IMG/VR virus record: IMGVR_UViG_3300030202_002773
Coordinates: 17,846-81,845 of that record
DNA length: 64,000 nt
DNA from: a virus
Strand: one strand, 5' to 3'
Shown piece after piece: positions 49,340 to 57,620 of the stretch. Numbering within the stretch: the first letter of the stretch is position 1; every line of letters begins with the position of its first letter. Below the pieces are notes generated by a model. The model searched no databases and was not told where the DNA came from. It saw only the letters and a list, made by a program, of their open reading frames with translations. The translations under genes were made by a program, and so were the position numbers.

Positions 49340-49567
49340 TTAAAATCCTTTAGTTATTAATTCTTCATATTCTTTAGCTAATTTATGTTGTTTTATTAAA
49401 TAATCATCTACAAACTTACATATATGTTTACCTAATGTTATATCACAATTTGCTCCTTCAAATTTAAAGAATTTATTATTATTTTTTAATGAATTTTCAT
49501 ATGATTGTTTAAAATGTTCATAACTACCATCTTCAATCATTTGTGCTATCCATCCCATTTTTGACAT
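49340..49567 (-). CDS. Hypothetical protein
   Basis: Probable start MSKMG; the upstream extension in the ORF track runs through a terminator hairpin. Confidence 0.5.
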   Translation of the reverse strand: MSKMGWIAQMIEDGSYEHFKQSYENSLKNNNKFFKFEGANCDITLGKHICKFVDDYLIKQHKLAKEYEELITKGF

Positions 49568-49593
49568 AATTTTACATTTTAAGTTAATAATTA

Positions 49594-49624
49594 AAATATA
49601 AGAGGGAGCTATTAACTCCCCCTT
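49594..49624 (-). terminator. Probable intrinsic terminator after the 49640..50278 gene
   Basis: Minus strand GGGAG-TTAATAG-CTCCC followed by TCTTATATTTT. Confidence 0.55.
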
Positions 49625-49639
49625 AATATTCATGATAAT

Positions 49640-50278
49640 TTACAGTCCAATATCATTAGACTCTAACTCACCAACCATGCTTTCTGTTGTTATTTCTACT
49701 TGTTCTTCAAGTTTAGATCCAACTGGATCAGATTCTAACAATGTATGTTTAACAGGTGATCCAATACTTAATACACCTACAGCAGCTGTATTTCTCCAAA
49801 CATAGTCACCTTTATATGTAATTGGTTCTCCACCTTGACCTCTAGTTTTACAAGTTGTTTCAACATTTTGTTCTTGATAAGAAGTAGGAACTGTAGTTTC
49901 AATAATTTGTACTCTAAAGTATCTTTTTAATATTAAACTATATGGATCTAAAATATTTAAATCCATTTGTAATCCCTTGTCTCCATCATACCAGCCTTCA
50001 CTCATTTCTCCAAAATCTATTCCAAAATCTTCAGTTGCAGCTTCTGCAGTAGTAAGTAACCATTTTCTTTGTGCTCCACTTGAGAAACTTTCATCATATC
50101 TCATAGTATGTGATAACATGTCTACTTGATCTGCATCTTGTTTAGGTTGTGCTGACGTATTAATTCTTTCTGCAAAATGTAGTTGTATTTTACCATCTTT
50201 AACTATTCTTGCGTCGATTAATAGACAATGTCCTTCTGTTAATGTTTGTAAACTTCCTGTGTTTAATTCGTTGTTCAT
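49640..50278 (-). CDS. Hypothetical protein (212 aa)
   Basis: Strong leader TAATCAATTAAACAAATAAATT-ATG, own terminator, acidic tail. Confidence 0.6.
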   Translation of the reverse strand: MNNELNTGSLQTLTEGHCLLIDARIVKDGKIQLHFAERINTSAQPKQDADQVDMLSHTMRYDESFSSGAQRKWLLTTAEAATEDFGIDFGEMSEGWYDGDKGLQMDLNILDPYSLILKRYFRVQIIETTVPTSYQEQNVETTCKTRGQGGEPITYKGDYVWRNTAAVGVLSIGSPVKHTLLESDPVGSKLEEQVEITTESMVGELESNDIGL

Positions 50279-50339
50279 AATTTATTTGTTTAATTGATTA
50301 TTTTGATGATTTCATAAAGGTATATCATCAACCTTGTTA

Positions 50340-50462
50340 TTAAATTGTTATTTCAAGACTTATAAATGGTATTAATATTACTAATACTTTATTATTTAGT
50401 CTTGAACCAACACCAATTCCTATTCCTAGGAACGGTGTGAATTCTACATGTATTCTATTCAT
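50340..50462 (-). CDS. Small hydrophobic protein (40 aa, not in ORF track)
   Basis: MNRIHVEFTPFLGIGIGVGSRLNNKVLVILIPFISLEITI; overlaps the upstream stop. Confidence 0.5.
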   Translation of the reverse strand: MNRIHVEFTPFLGIGIGVGSRLNNKVLVILIPFISLEITI

Positions 50463-50676
50463 ATAATACTGTATTTATTTCATTAGCATATGCTAAATCA
50501 TAAGAGATATCAGTGATTCTCTTGTTAACTATTCCTAGTGATAAATCTAGTAGTTGTCCTCTGACCTTACGATCATTTAGTTTAATTTCTTGAATTATTA
50601 TTTTTTGTAATCTTGTTAATTCTTCTAAACTGTTCTTTTTAATGTCTACACATTGTCCTTTTAATTTGATTTTCAT
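50455..50676 (-). CDS. Hypothetical early protein
   Basis: ORF with AT-rich leader AAACAACAAATTATG. Confidence 0.5.
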   Translation of the reverse strand: MKIKLKGQCVDIKKNSLEELTRLQKIIIQEIKLNDRKVRGQLLDLSLGIVNKRITDISYDLAYANEINTVLYE

Positions 50677-50754
50677 AATATTTGTTGTTTAAATGTTTAT
50701 AATTAGTTAGTTATTTGTCGTAATAAATGTTTAATTATAATAGTAACTAAATCC

Positions 50755-51108
50755 CTATTTTTCAAGGAATTTAATTACTTCTCTTAAATCTTGTGTTAAA
50801 CCTGATGATTTTACTTGTAAATGTCCTTTTACATCATCTTGAAGACTAAGTTTCTTTACAAGTTTAATGAAATCATAACATTTCTCCAATGTGTTTAACA
50901 TATGCATTGGAGTTTGTTCTCTTTGATTGTCTAATACTTTATGTAAATCAACGATATTGTTTAGATGTTCTCTTTCTTTGAGTAGGTTTTGTTTAAACTC
51001 TTCTTTTAATGCAACATAATCTGATGTTAAATCATCAAGTTGTTTAGTTATTCTAGTTATTTCTAAGTTTTTGTTTAAGATCTTAGTATCTAATTCAATT
51101 GTTTTCAT
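50755..51108 (-). CDS. Coiled-coil hypothetical early protein
   Basis: Leu-heptad-rich 117-aa ORF. Confidence 0.5.
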   Translation of the reverse strand: MKTIELDTKILNKNLEITRITKQLDDLTSDYVALKEEFKQNLLKEREHLNNIVDLHKVLDNQREQTPMHMLNTLEKCYDFIKLVKKLSLQDDVKGHLQVKSSGLTQDLREVIKFLEK

Positions 51109-51237
51109 CTCTTTATTTATTTAGTTAATGTTTAAGTTAAATAAAAGAATGAACATCCTCCACTACTTGTCAATGACAGTTACTATAGCCTCCATTGAGT
51201 TTTATAAGCTTCAAAGGTTAGTTCATTCTTTATGTTA

Positions 51238-51360
51238 AATAACAACAGTAAGTTTACTACAGTCTTTTTATGTTTTAAATGTGGTTCATATACCACTCAA
51301 CCGATACTCTTTCAACCGATACTTTTGAGAAGACCTCCACTTTACCTTACTGTTGTTATT
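51238..51360 (-). ncRNA. Candidate structured RNA (~120 nt) with 15-bp closing stem
   Basis: AATAACAACAGTAAG / CTTACTGTTGTTATT perfect inverted repeat; internal GTGGT/ACCAC hairpin; tandem TCAACCGATACT x2. Confidence 0.5.
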
Positions 51361-51364
51361 ATTA

Positions 51365-51481
51365 TTATGGACAAGTTGTTGGATTATTACAACTGTACAT
51401 CATACATAACCAAAACAGGATACCTAATGATAGTCCTGTTGTGATTAGTATGTATTGTATTGATTTTATTATTGTTTTCAT
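51365..51481 (-). CDS. Small membrane/lipoprotein-like peptide (38 aa, not in ORF track)
   Basis: MKTIIKSIQYILITTGLSLGILFWLCMMYSCNNPTTCP: basic N-terminus, hydrophobic core, S-C lipobox-like end. Confidence 0.4.
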   Translation of the reverse strand: MKTIIKSIQYILITTGLSLGILFWLCMMYSCNNPTTCP

Positions 51482-51581
51482 CTTGTATATGTATAAGTTG
51501 TATCAGTTTCTGTTTCACTTATCCATATTAACTTATCAAATCTAGTTTCTTTTTTCATAATTTTTTGTATTAATTTAATTA

Positions 51582-51824
51582 TTATTGTTCTAATGACGCT
51601 ACATATCTATCATATTGTTCTTCTCCCATGTCTAGACTATTAAGCATATCTTCTTTAAAGTTACGATCAATATTTGTCATTTTATCTTCAACTTGTTCTG
51701 ATATTGACTCAGGAAATGTTGATTTAATAAGTTCTTCTTTTAAGAATTCAAAATTTTCTTCATTAAAAGGTAACATATTAATAGTGTTGATTAGATTTCT
51801 TTTCATTCTATCTGTATATTCCAT
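51582..51824 (-). CDS. Hypothetical acidic early protein
   Basis: Leader TTAAACACAAACAATC-ATG. Confidence 0.5.
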   Translation of the reverse strand: MEYTDRMKRNLINTINMLPFNEENFEFLKEELIKSTFPESISEQVEDKMTNIDRNFKEDMLNSLDMGEEQYDRYVASLEQ

Positions 51825-51866
51825 GATTGTTTGTGTTTAATTAATAAATAATATTAAAGAACAGTT

Positions 51867-52046
51867 TTACACTTGTTCAGGTGTTTTAAGAGTTGTAAAA
51901 GCTCTTATGAAGTCTGCAAAAAATATGCATCTGTGTTGTCTAACATTATCTACATCAAACCAACAGTTAACTCCATTAGTTCCAATTTGTGACTTTGCTA
52001 GTTTACTACCTGGTTTAAGGTAATATTTTTCTATGATTTTATCCAT
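51867..52046 (-). CDS. Hypothetical early protein (59 aa, not in ORF track)
   Basis: MDKIIEKYYLKPGSKLAKSQIGTNGVNCWFDVDNVRQHRCIFFADFIRAFTTLKTPEQV. Confidence 0.45.
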   Translation of the reverse strand: MDKIIEKYYLKPGSKLAKSQIGTNGVNCWFDVDNVRQHRCIFFADFIRAFTTLKTPEQV

Positions 52047-52243
52047 TGTGTTATATTGTATTATATTAGTATTCTAGTTGATTGTCAAATTGTGGGAGAA
52101 TGTAGTGAATGTGACTTGGTTGTCACACTCACACACTCAAACTTCCAACAAGTATTATGAAATAATCTCGAGACTTACGTTTCAAAGACTATAACAAAAA
52201 AAACACACACACTATCTATGATGATAATGTGTATGTTATGAGA

Positions 52244-52468
52244 TTAATCTCTTGGTGTTGTGTTCATAAGAACATTAGTACCTTTACCAATTAATTTCTC
52301 GTACTTCTCTTTATTAGATTTGGTAATTAGTCTAGTGTTGAACTGTGTTACATGTAGTTCATTACCTACTTCTACCTCAGTATCCTCGAAGGTTACGATG
52401 AAGTAGTTAGTGTTTTTTGTTCCGATGAACTCAGATACCTGTACCATTTGTGAATTAGATTTGTCCAT
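52244..52468 (-). CDS. First gene of the minus-strand block, hypothetical
   Basis: Leader TTTAAACAATC-ATG; 74 aa, beta-rich. Confidence 0.55.
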   Translation of the reverse strand: MDKSNSQMVQVSEFIGTKNTNYFIVTFEDTEVEVGNELHVTQFNTRLITKSNKEKYEKLIGKGTNVLMNTTPRD

Positions 52469-52603
52469 GATTGTTTAAATTTTTAGGTTGGGTGATAAAA
52501 TTATCGGAACTAAGTAGGGGTCTTTGATGATAGTGGTCCACACGTTCACAACCCCTATGAAAAAAAATTTTTTAGATTTTATTTTTTTTTAACAAAGTTT
52601 TTA

Positions 52604-52611
52604 TATCTTTG
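52604..52611 (+). promoter_or_regulatory. Bacteroidota sigma-70 -7 box (TATCTTTG) in front of the ncRNA candidate
   Basis: TAnnTTTG followed by CA, preceded by an AT-rich tract; no ORF follows for ~330 nt. Confidence 0.6.
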
Positions 52612-52616
52612 CAGCG

Positions 52617-52870
52617 CAATAGCATTCATCCCCCAGTAACCAAAAACGGGATTAGACATCGGATTGTAGTCCTAAATAAGGATAGAGTTTTCTCCGGTAA
52701 TTGCAAAAGAACGAGCGTATAAGTTCTAGTTGGGATACATTTCACACAGGTATGTGAGGTGAATTAACACTAATTTTAGTATCCCTGGGTCCCTTGAAAA
52801 ATAGGAGCACTGCTAGATACGAAATCCAAGTTTGAAAAAGAAAATCAAGGGGGGAAGTTATATCCTATTG
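52617..52870 (+). ncRNA. Candidate ~255-nt multibranch structured ncRNA
   Basis: Begins just downstream of a -7 box; nested pairings CAATAG/CTATTG, TCCCCC/GGGGGA, GGATT/AATCC, GGGATAC/GTATCCC, AGAAC/GTTCT, TCCT/AGGA. Confidence 0.6.
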
Positions 52871-52888
52871 AAAAAAATATAAAAAATA

Positions 52889-52921
52889 TTTGGATTTATA
52901 AAAAAATAGTTTATATATTTG
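52889..52921 (+). promoter_or_regulatory. Bacteroidota sigma-70 promoter (-33 TTTG, -7 TATATTTG) for the late operon
   Basis: TTTG 52889-52892, 21-nt spacer, TATATTTG 52914-52921, 18 nt before the GroES ATG. Confidence 0.75.
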
Positions 52922-52939
52922 TAAAAAAATATATAGACT

Positions 52940-53209
52940 ATGAAATTTAAACCAAGCGGATCGTGGGTTGTCCTTCCAGACCCAGTAATTACAGAAACAG
53001 AATCAGGAATTATACTAGATGAAAAAACTGCTTTAGAAAACTCTAAGAGATCTAATGTATTAGAGGCATTAGCAGTTGGCCCTACTTGTCACTTTGTAGA
53101 AAAAGGAGATACTGTTATGGTAGATCCCAGATCAGAAGCTGCAAGAACAGAAATTGACGGACAAACTTATCTAATTATTTCAGAACATCAAATACTAGGA
53201 AAGTGGTAA
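52940..53209 (+). CDS. groES: Co-chaperonin GroES-like protein
   Basis: 'MKFKPSGSWVV', 'TESGIIL', 'LAVGP', 'VEKGDTVM', 'YLIISEHQILG'. Confidence 0.85.
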   Translation: MKFKPSGSWVVLPDPVITETESGIILDEKTALENSKRSNVLEALAVGPTCHFVEKGDTVMVDPRSEAARTEIDGQTYLIISEHQILGKW

Positions 53210-53448
53210 ACGGATCTGTAACTATATCTATTGAAGATTTTCAAAGTTTATTAGATGCTAAAGTTAAAGCTGAAGAAGTAAAAGAAGCAACTAAATTAGC
53301 AGCTAAAGAACTTCAAGTATTTTTATCGTATTTATGCGATAAGGGAGATATATCTAACTATATTGAAGAATTTAATAGACAATCTAAAACATCTACTATT
53401 GTTATAACTAGTGGTAGAGCTCAAATAAAATTTAATGATGCTAAATAA
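53203..53448 (+). CDS. Hypothetical protein
   Basis: Overlaps the GroES stop; 81 aa. Confidence 0.55.
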   Translation: MVNGSVTISIEDFQSLLDAKVKAEEVKEATKLAAKELQVFLSYLCDKGDISNYIEEFNRQSKTSTIVITSGRAQIKFNDAK

Positions 53449-53576
53449 ACTATTAAGAAAATATAAGTTTTTACATTATTTAGGGATACATAACAAAGAA
53501 TGTAAAAGAAGACTATTTACAACTAAAAGTAAATATATATGTCTGCGGACAGGAACCAAAATAAAAATATTAGACA

Positions 53577-53909
53577 ATGAAAAAAAAGAAAATAACAGTT
53601 AATATAAGTTCTACATATAAGTATATTCAACTGTGGAATGGAATATTTAAATTAACAGAAAAAGAATTAAGTATTTTATCTGCATTTATAGATGTAAATG
53701 ATATTACAAAAGAAGTAAATTTATGTAGTGTTAAAAATAAAAAAGAAGTATCAAGGATAGTAGGAATAAAAGATTATAATACTTTAAATAATTATGTTAA
53801 AAATTTTAAAGATAAAGGAGTAATGTTAAAAAAGAATAACACTTATAAATTAAATCCTTTTTTATATCCAGATACAGACATGGTAGAAATAACTATAAAT
53901 AAAAAGTAA
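53577..53909 (+). CDS. Winged-HTH / RepL-like protein
   Basis: 'LTEKELSIL...TLNNYVKNFKDKG...YKLNP'. Confidence 0.55.
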   Translation: MKKKKITVNISSTYKYIQLWNGIFKLTEKELSILSAFIDVNDITKEVNLCSVKNKKEVSRIVGIKDYNTLNNYVKNFKDKGVMLKKNNTYKLNPFLYPDTDMVEITINKK

Positions 53910-54011
53910 TGTTTTTTGGACTAGTCATGACTTTTTTTGAAGCAGATCCTTACGTTATAATTATAATTCAAGATAAAAACGGTAAATTAGTAAATATAAA
54001 AGTAGAAAACA

Positions 54012-54269
54012 ATGAGCAAGATATATCCATCAGTATTTAAAATGATAAGTAATTTTTCTAAAGAGTTAGGAACACACTTACTTAATGGTGCAGAAAATGT
54101 ATCAGAAAAAGATTACAAAGAAAGATTAGAAACATGTTTAATTTGCCCATCTTTAAAAAGAGATGCTATGAGATGTACTACGTGTGGGTGTAAACTAGAA
54201 CAAAAAGCAAAATGGAAAACTTCTGACTGTCCTGAAAAAAAATGGAAGCCTCAGTATGAAAAAAAATAA
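54012..54269 (+). CDS. Cys-rich zinc-binding protein (DUF6171-like)
   Basis: 'RLETCLICP...CTTCGC....KAKW....CP..KW'. Confidence 0.65.
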   Translation: MSKIYPSVFKMISNFSKELGTHLLNGAENVSEKDYKERLETCLICPSLKRDAMRCTTCGCKLEQKAKWKTSDCPEKKWKPQYEKK

Positions 54270-54477
54270 AAAAGAGATTATATATAGTTTAGCTAATAAA
54301 TATGATTTACCTTTGAAAAAAATAGAAGAAATTGTTAACTATCAATTTAAATATACAGCTAAAGTTATGAAAGAGGGTAAATTTGAAATTATACGTCTCC
54401 CATATTTTGGTAAATTCTCTGTAAATTCTAGTAGAGTAAAACATATAAACAAATTAAAAGATGAGTCTAAAGGATGA
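54256..54477 (+). CDS. HU/IHF-like DNA-binding protein
   Basis: 'KKEIIYSLANKYDL...IRLPYFGKF'; typical position upstream of the crAss terminase. Confidence 0.7.
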   Translation: MKKNKKEIIYSLANKYDLPLKKIEEIVNYQFKYTAKVMKEGKFEIIRLPYFGKFSVNSSRVKHINKLKDESKG

Positions 54478-54982
54478 TTTAATATATATAGATGATGATA
54501 AAGCTATACCTAGTGTATATGCACTATCTATACCAGAATTTAAAAAATTAAATACAGATGAACTTTCATTTGTATATTTTATGATAGATCATAGATCTCC
54601 TTTTTCAGTTTATGAATTAAATCAGCGTCAAATTGAAGTAAAAAATAATATATTTGGAGAAAAAAAGAAATGGACTCCTTCTGCAGAAGTATTAGGGGCA
54701 TGTGATAAATATGAAAAATTAATAGAAACTTCAGCAGTAAGATTATTAAAGGCTGCTAGAGAATCTATAATAAAATTAGAAAAATATTTTAGAGATATAG
54801 ATTTACATTTAATGGATGATAATGGTAAGCCTATATTTCATGCAAAAGATTTAATAGCTAATCTATCTAATATGGGTAAAGTTGTAGATGGATTAACTAG
54901 GTTAGAAGATATAGTTAAAAAAGAAGAACAGGCCGCTAATTCAAATAGAGGTGGAGTTGAAGTAAATAAATACAGTATGTAA
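54461..54982 (+). CDS. Conserved crAss protein upstream of terminase (possible small terminase)
   Basis: 'ELSFVYFMIDHRSPF', 'ETSAVRLLKAA', C-terminal 'RGG'; synteny. Confidence 0.55.
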   Translation: MSLKDDLIYIDDDKAIPSVYALSIPEFKKLNTDELSFVYFMIDHRSPFSVYELNQRQIEVKNNIFGEKKKWTPSAEVLGACDKYEKLIETSAVRLLKAARESIIKLEKYFRDIDLHLMDDNGKPIFHAKDLIANLSNMGKVVDGLTRLEDIVKKEEQAANSNRGGVEVNKYSM

Positions 54983-55257
54983 TGGATTTTTTAGAAGATT
55001 ATCAAATATATGATGAAGCAATGCAAAATGCTTATGCTATTATTACTAGGAGAAAAACTTTAGATGACATTTATAATGATTTTGAAAAAGAAGGTAAATT
55101 TGATAAATTTTATTTACCTTTTGATCCTATTAATGAGGATGGAAGATCTGCAGATATAATAGATATGGTAATAGACTATTATACAGGAACAGAAGAATAT
55201 GAAAAATGTGCAGAACTTTTAAAAATTAAAGATAAATGTCAAAGTTTAGAGATATAA
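54982..55257 (+). CDS. Hypothetical protein with UVR-like C-terminus
   Basis: 'EEYEKCAEL'. Confidence 0.5.
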   Translation: MDFLEDYQIYDEAMQNAYAIITRRKTLDDIYNDFEKEGKFDKFYLPFDPINEDGRSADIIDMVIDYYTGTEEYEKCAELLKIKDKCQSLEI

Positions 55258-57206
55258 ATAGAATAAGACCAGCAGCACTTTCATTTTTAGAGCACGGATA
55301 CTATACAAGAGCACTTCCTGGAACTAAAGAATATTATGATTTTTGGGATGAAGAAAAAAAACGATGCCTTTATGGATATACAATAGATGAATTACATGTT
55401 ACTGGATTTCATTATTTTTATTTAAATTATTGTCCTATTGATAGGGCTATAGATGAAATATTACCAGATGGTACTACCCAATCTAGACGTGAAAGGTCTT
55501 TTCCAAGATTTTATGATGGAGATTGGGATTATTTTCAAGAAATAGACAAAGCTAGAGCAGATAATAAACATATGATTGTTCTTAAAGCGCGGAGAAAAGG
55601 ATATTCATACAAAGCAGGATCAATGCTTGCTCGTAACTACTTTTTTGTAAAAAATTCTAAAAACTTTGTATTTGCATCACAAAAAGAATACTTAATTGGA
55701 GATGGACTATTATCTAAAGCGTGGGAATTTCTATCTTTTATAGATGATCATACTGCATGGGCTCAACCTAGATTAAAAGATAGAGAAATGCATAAAATGT
55801 CTGGATATAAGAAAAAAGTAAATGGATTAGAGATAGAAATGGGTATGAAATCTCAAATTATGGGAGTAAGTCTTAAAGATGCGCCTGATAAAGTAAGGGG
55901 TAAGGCAGGAGAGTTAGTATTCTTTGAAGAAGCAGGTTCTTTCCCAGGATTATTAAAAGCTTGGGAGGTAACAATGCCAACAATGAGGCAAGGAGCAAAA
56001 ACATTAGGAATGATGATTGCATTTGGGACTGGAGGTACAGAAGGTGCTGATTTTGAAGCAATGGAAGAGATATTTTATAATCCTGCAGCATATGATTGTA
56101 TGGATTATGAAAATGTATGGGATGAAGGAGCTTTTGGTACTAGATGTGGGTATTTTATTCCTATACAAACTAATTTAGATGGGTTTATAGACGATCAAGG
56201 TAATTCTATAAAAGAAAAAGCTACAGAATACGAAAAAGAAATGAGAGAAAAGAAAAAAGGTGCTGCAGATGCTAAATCTTTAGATCAATATATAGCAGAG
56301 CATCCTTTTTCTCCTCAAGAAGCTACTTTACAAGTAACAGCTAATCTATTTGATGTAGCTTCTTTGCAAGAACAGTATAATATTGTTAAAGCTAGGGGTC
56401 TTCAGTCTATTGGTACAGTTGGAAGATTATATCACAACTCTAAAGGTGAAATAAAATTTACAATAGATGGAGATTTAAAACAGATAACAAAATTTCCTCA
56501 TAGAAAAGATGATGATAAAACAGGAGCTGTAGTTATATATGAAGCACCTTATAAAAATCAAAAACAACAAATTCCTTTAAATATGTATGTAATATGCCAT
56601 GACCCTTATGGACAAAATCAATCTGCAGATTCTACATCTTTAGGAGCAGCTTATGTACTAAAACGACCTAATAATTTATCTCATCCAGATGATATTATTG
56701 TAGCATCTTATGTAGGAAGACCTAAAACACAAGATGATTATAATAGAAATCTATTTTTACTAGCAGATTATTATGGATGTAAGATAGGATTTGAGAATGA
56801 TCGTGGTGAAGTTATAGCATACGCTAAAAGATATAGAAAGTTAAATAAATTACAGGAAGAGTTTGAAATGCTAGATAAAAGAGAACTTAGAAGTAAAACT
56901 GTAAAACGTCAATATGGTATGCATATGACAGATGCAAGAAAGCGTCAAGGTGAAATATATATAAGAGATTGGTTAAATACTGTTAGAAATACTGATGAAA
57001 ATGGAAAACAATTACTAAATTTGCATAAAATATATGATCCTGCATTATTAACAGAGTTAATTAAATTTAATCATACAGGTAACTTTGATAGAGTTATGGC
57101 GTTTATGATTGGAATGTACCACACAAGAGAATTATACAATGCAGAAGTTAAAGATATATTAGAAGACAGAGCTACAGATAAATGGTTCGATCAAAATTAT
57201 TATTAA
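55236..57206 (+). CDS. terL: Terminase large subunit
   Basis: 'TGFHYFYLNY', 'LKARRKGYSY', Walker B 'FFEEAG', 'FGTGG', nuclease 'HDPY' and 'NFDRVMA'. Confidence 0.92.
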   Translation: MSKFRDINRIRPAALSFLEHGYYTRALPGTKEYYDFWDEEKKRCLYGYTIDELHVTGFHYFYLNYCPIDRAIDEILPDGTTQSRRERSFPRFYDGDWDYFQEIDKARADNKHMIVLKARRKGYSYKAGSMLARNYFFVKNSKNFVFASQKEYLIGDGLLSKAWEFLSFIDDHTAWAQPRLKDREMHKMSGYKKKVNGLEIEMGMKSQIMGVSLKDAPDKVRGKAGELVFFEEAGSFPGLLKAWEVTMPTMRQGAKTLGMMIAFGTGGTEGADFEAMEEIFYNPAAYDCMDYENVWDEGAFGTRCGYFIPIQTNLDGFIDDQGNSIKEKATEYEKEMREKKKGAADAKSLDQYIAEHPFSPQEATLQVTANLFDVASLQEQYNIVKARGLQSIGTVGRLYHNSKGEIKFTIDGDLKQITKFPHRKDDDKTGAVVIYEAPYKNQKQQIPLNMYVICHDPYGQNQSADSTSLGAAYVLKRPNNLSHPDDIIVASYVGRPKTQDDYNRNLFLLADYYGCKIGFENDRGEVIAYAKRYRKLNKLQEEFEMLDKRELRSKTVKRQYGMHMTDARKRQGEIYIRDWLNTVRNTDENGKQLLNLHKIYDPALLTELIKFNHTGNFDRVMAFMIGMYHTRELYNAEVKDILEDRATDKWFDQNYY

Positions 57207-57545
57207 ATGGAAAAATGTAAAGATAAAGAACCTTATAACCCTCTGCCGGAGTACTTAGCAATAGGACCATCAGACATTCATGGAGCAGGGATCCTAGCAC
57301 AAGAAGATATTCCGGGAGAGGTAGTTATAGGTATAACACATGTATATGATCCAAATTTTCAACATAATTATATTAGAACACCTTTAGGAGGATTTATAAA
57401 TCATTCTGATGTACCTAATTGTGAATTAATAGAAGACGAAGGAGATGATGATTATAAAAGATTAAAAACATTGAAAAAAATAGAGCAGGGAGAAGAATTA
57501 ACATTAAAGTATAGTTTATATGATATATGCGATTATCTTGAATGA
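57207..57545 (+). CDS. SET-domain protein (putative lysine methyltransferase)
   Basis: 'SDIHGAGILA', 'GFINHSDVPNC', 'GEELTLKY'. Confidence 0.88.
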   Translation: MEKCKDKEPYNPLPEYLAIGPSDIHGAGILAQEDIPGEVVIGITHVYDPNFQHNYIRTPLGGFINHSDVPNCELIEDEGDDDYKRLKTLKKIEQGEELTLKYSLYDICDYLE

Positions 57546-57605
57546 TATATTTATAATGTATATCTATAAATATTTTAATGTAGAGTAAAGTAATAAAAAT
57601 TTAAT

Positions 57606-57613
57606 TAAATTTG
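57606..57613 (+). promoter_or_regulatory. Possible -7 box (TAAATTTG) before portal
   Basis: TAnnTTTG in an AT-rich gap 7 nt upstream of the ATG (would give a nearly leaderless mRNA). Confidence 0.4.
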
Positions 57614-57620
57614 TCAGATT

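Noticed and set aside
50352-50406. TTCAAGACT/AGTCTTGAA hairpin as a separate ncRNA
   Set aside because: It lies inside a plausible 40-aa ORF and is AT-rich; not enough support on its own.
51297-51323. Mini-CRISPR array
   Set aside because: Only two 12-nt repeats with a 3-nt spacer; no cas genes.
35189-51840. Plus-strand short ORFs in the minus-strand block (35189, 35764, 40500, 43650, 43813, 44641, 45296, 46712, 51232, 51279, 51628) and nested 39366
   Set aside because: They overlap better-supported genes or structured elements and have no leaders or motifs.
52617-52870. tRNA, tmRNA or RNase P identity for the structured block
   Set aside because: No T-arm GTTCRA with acceptor/CCA end and no GAGGAAAGUCC signature seen.
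47446-57206. Introns or inteins in polA or terL
   Set aside because: Both ORFs are continuous, of normal length, and lack intein or homing-endonuclease motifs.
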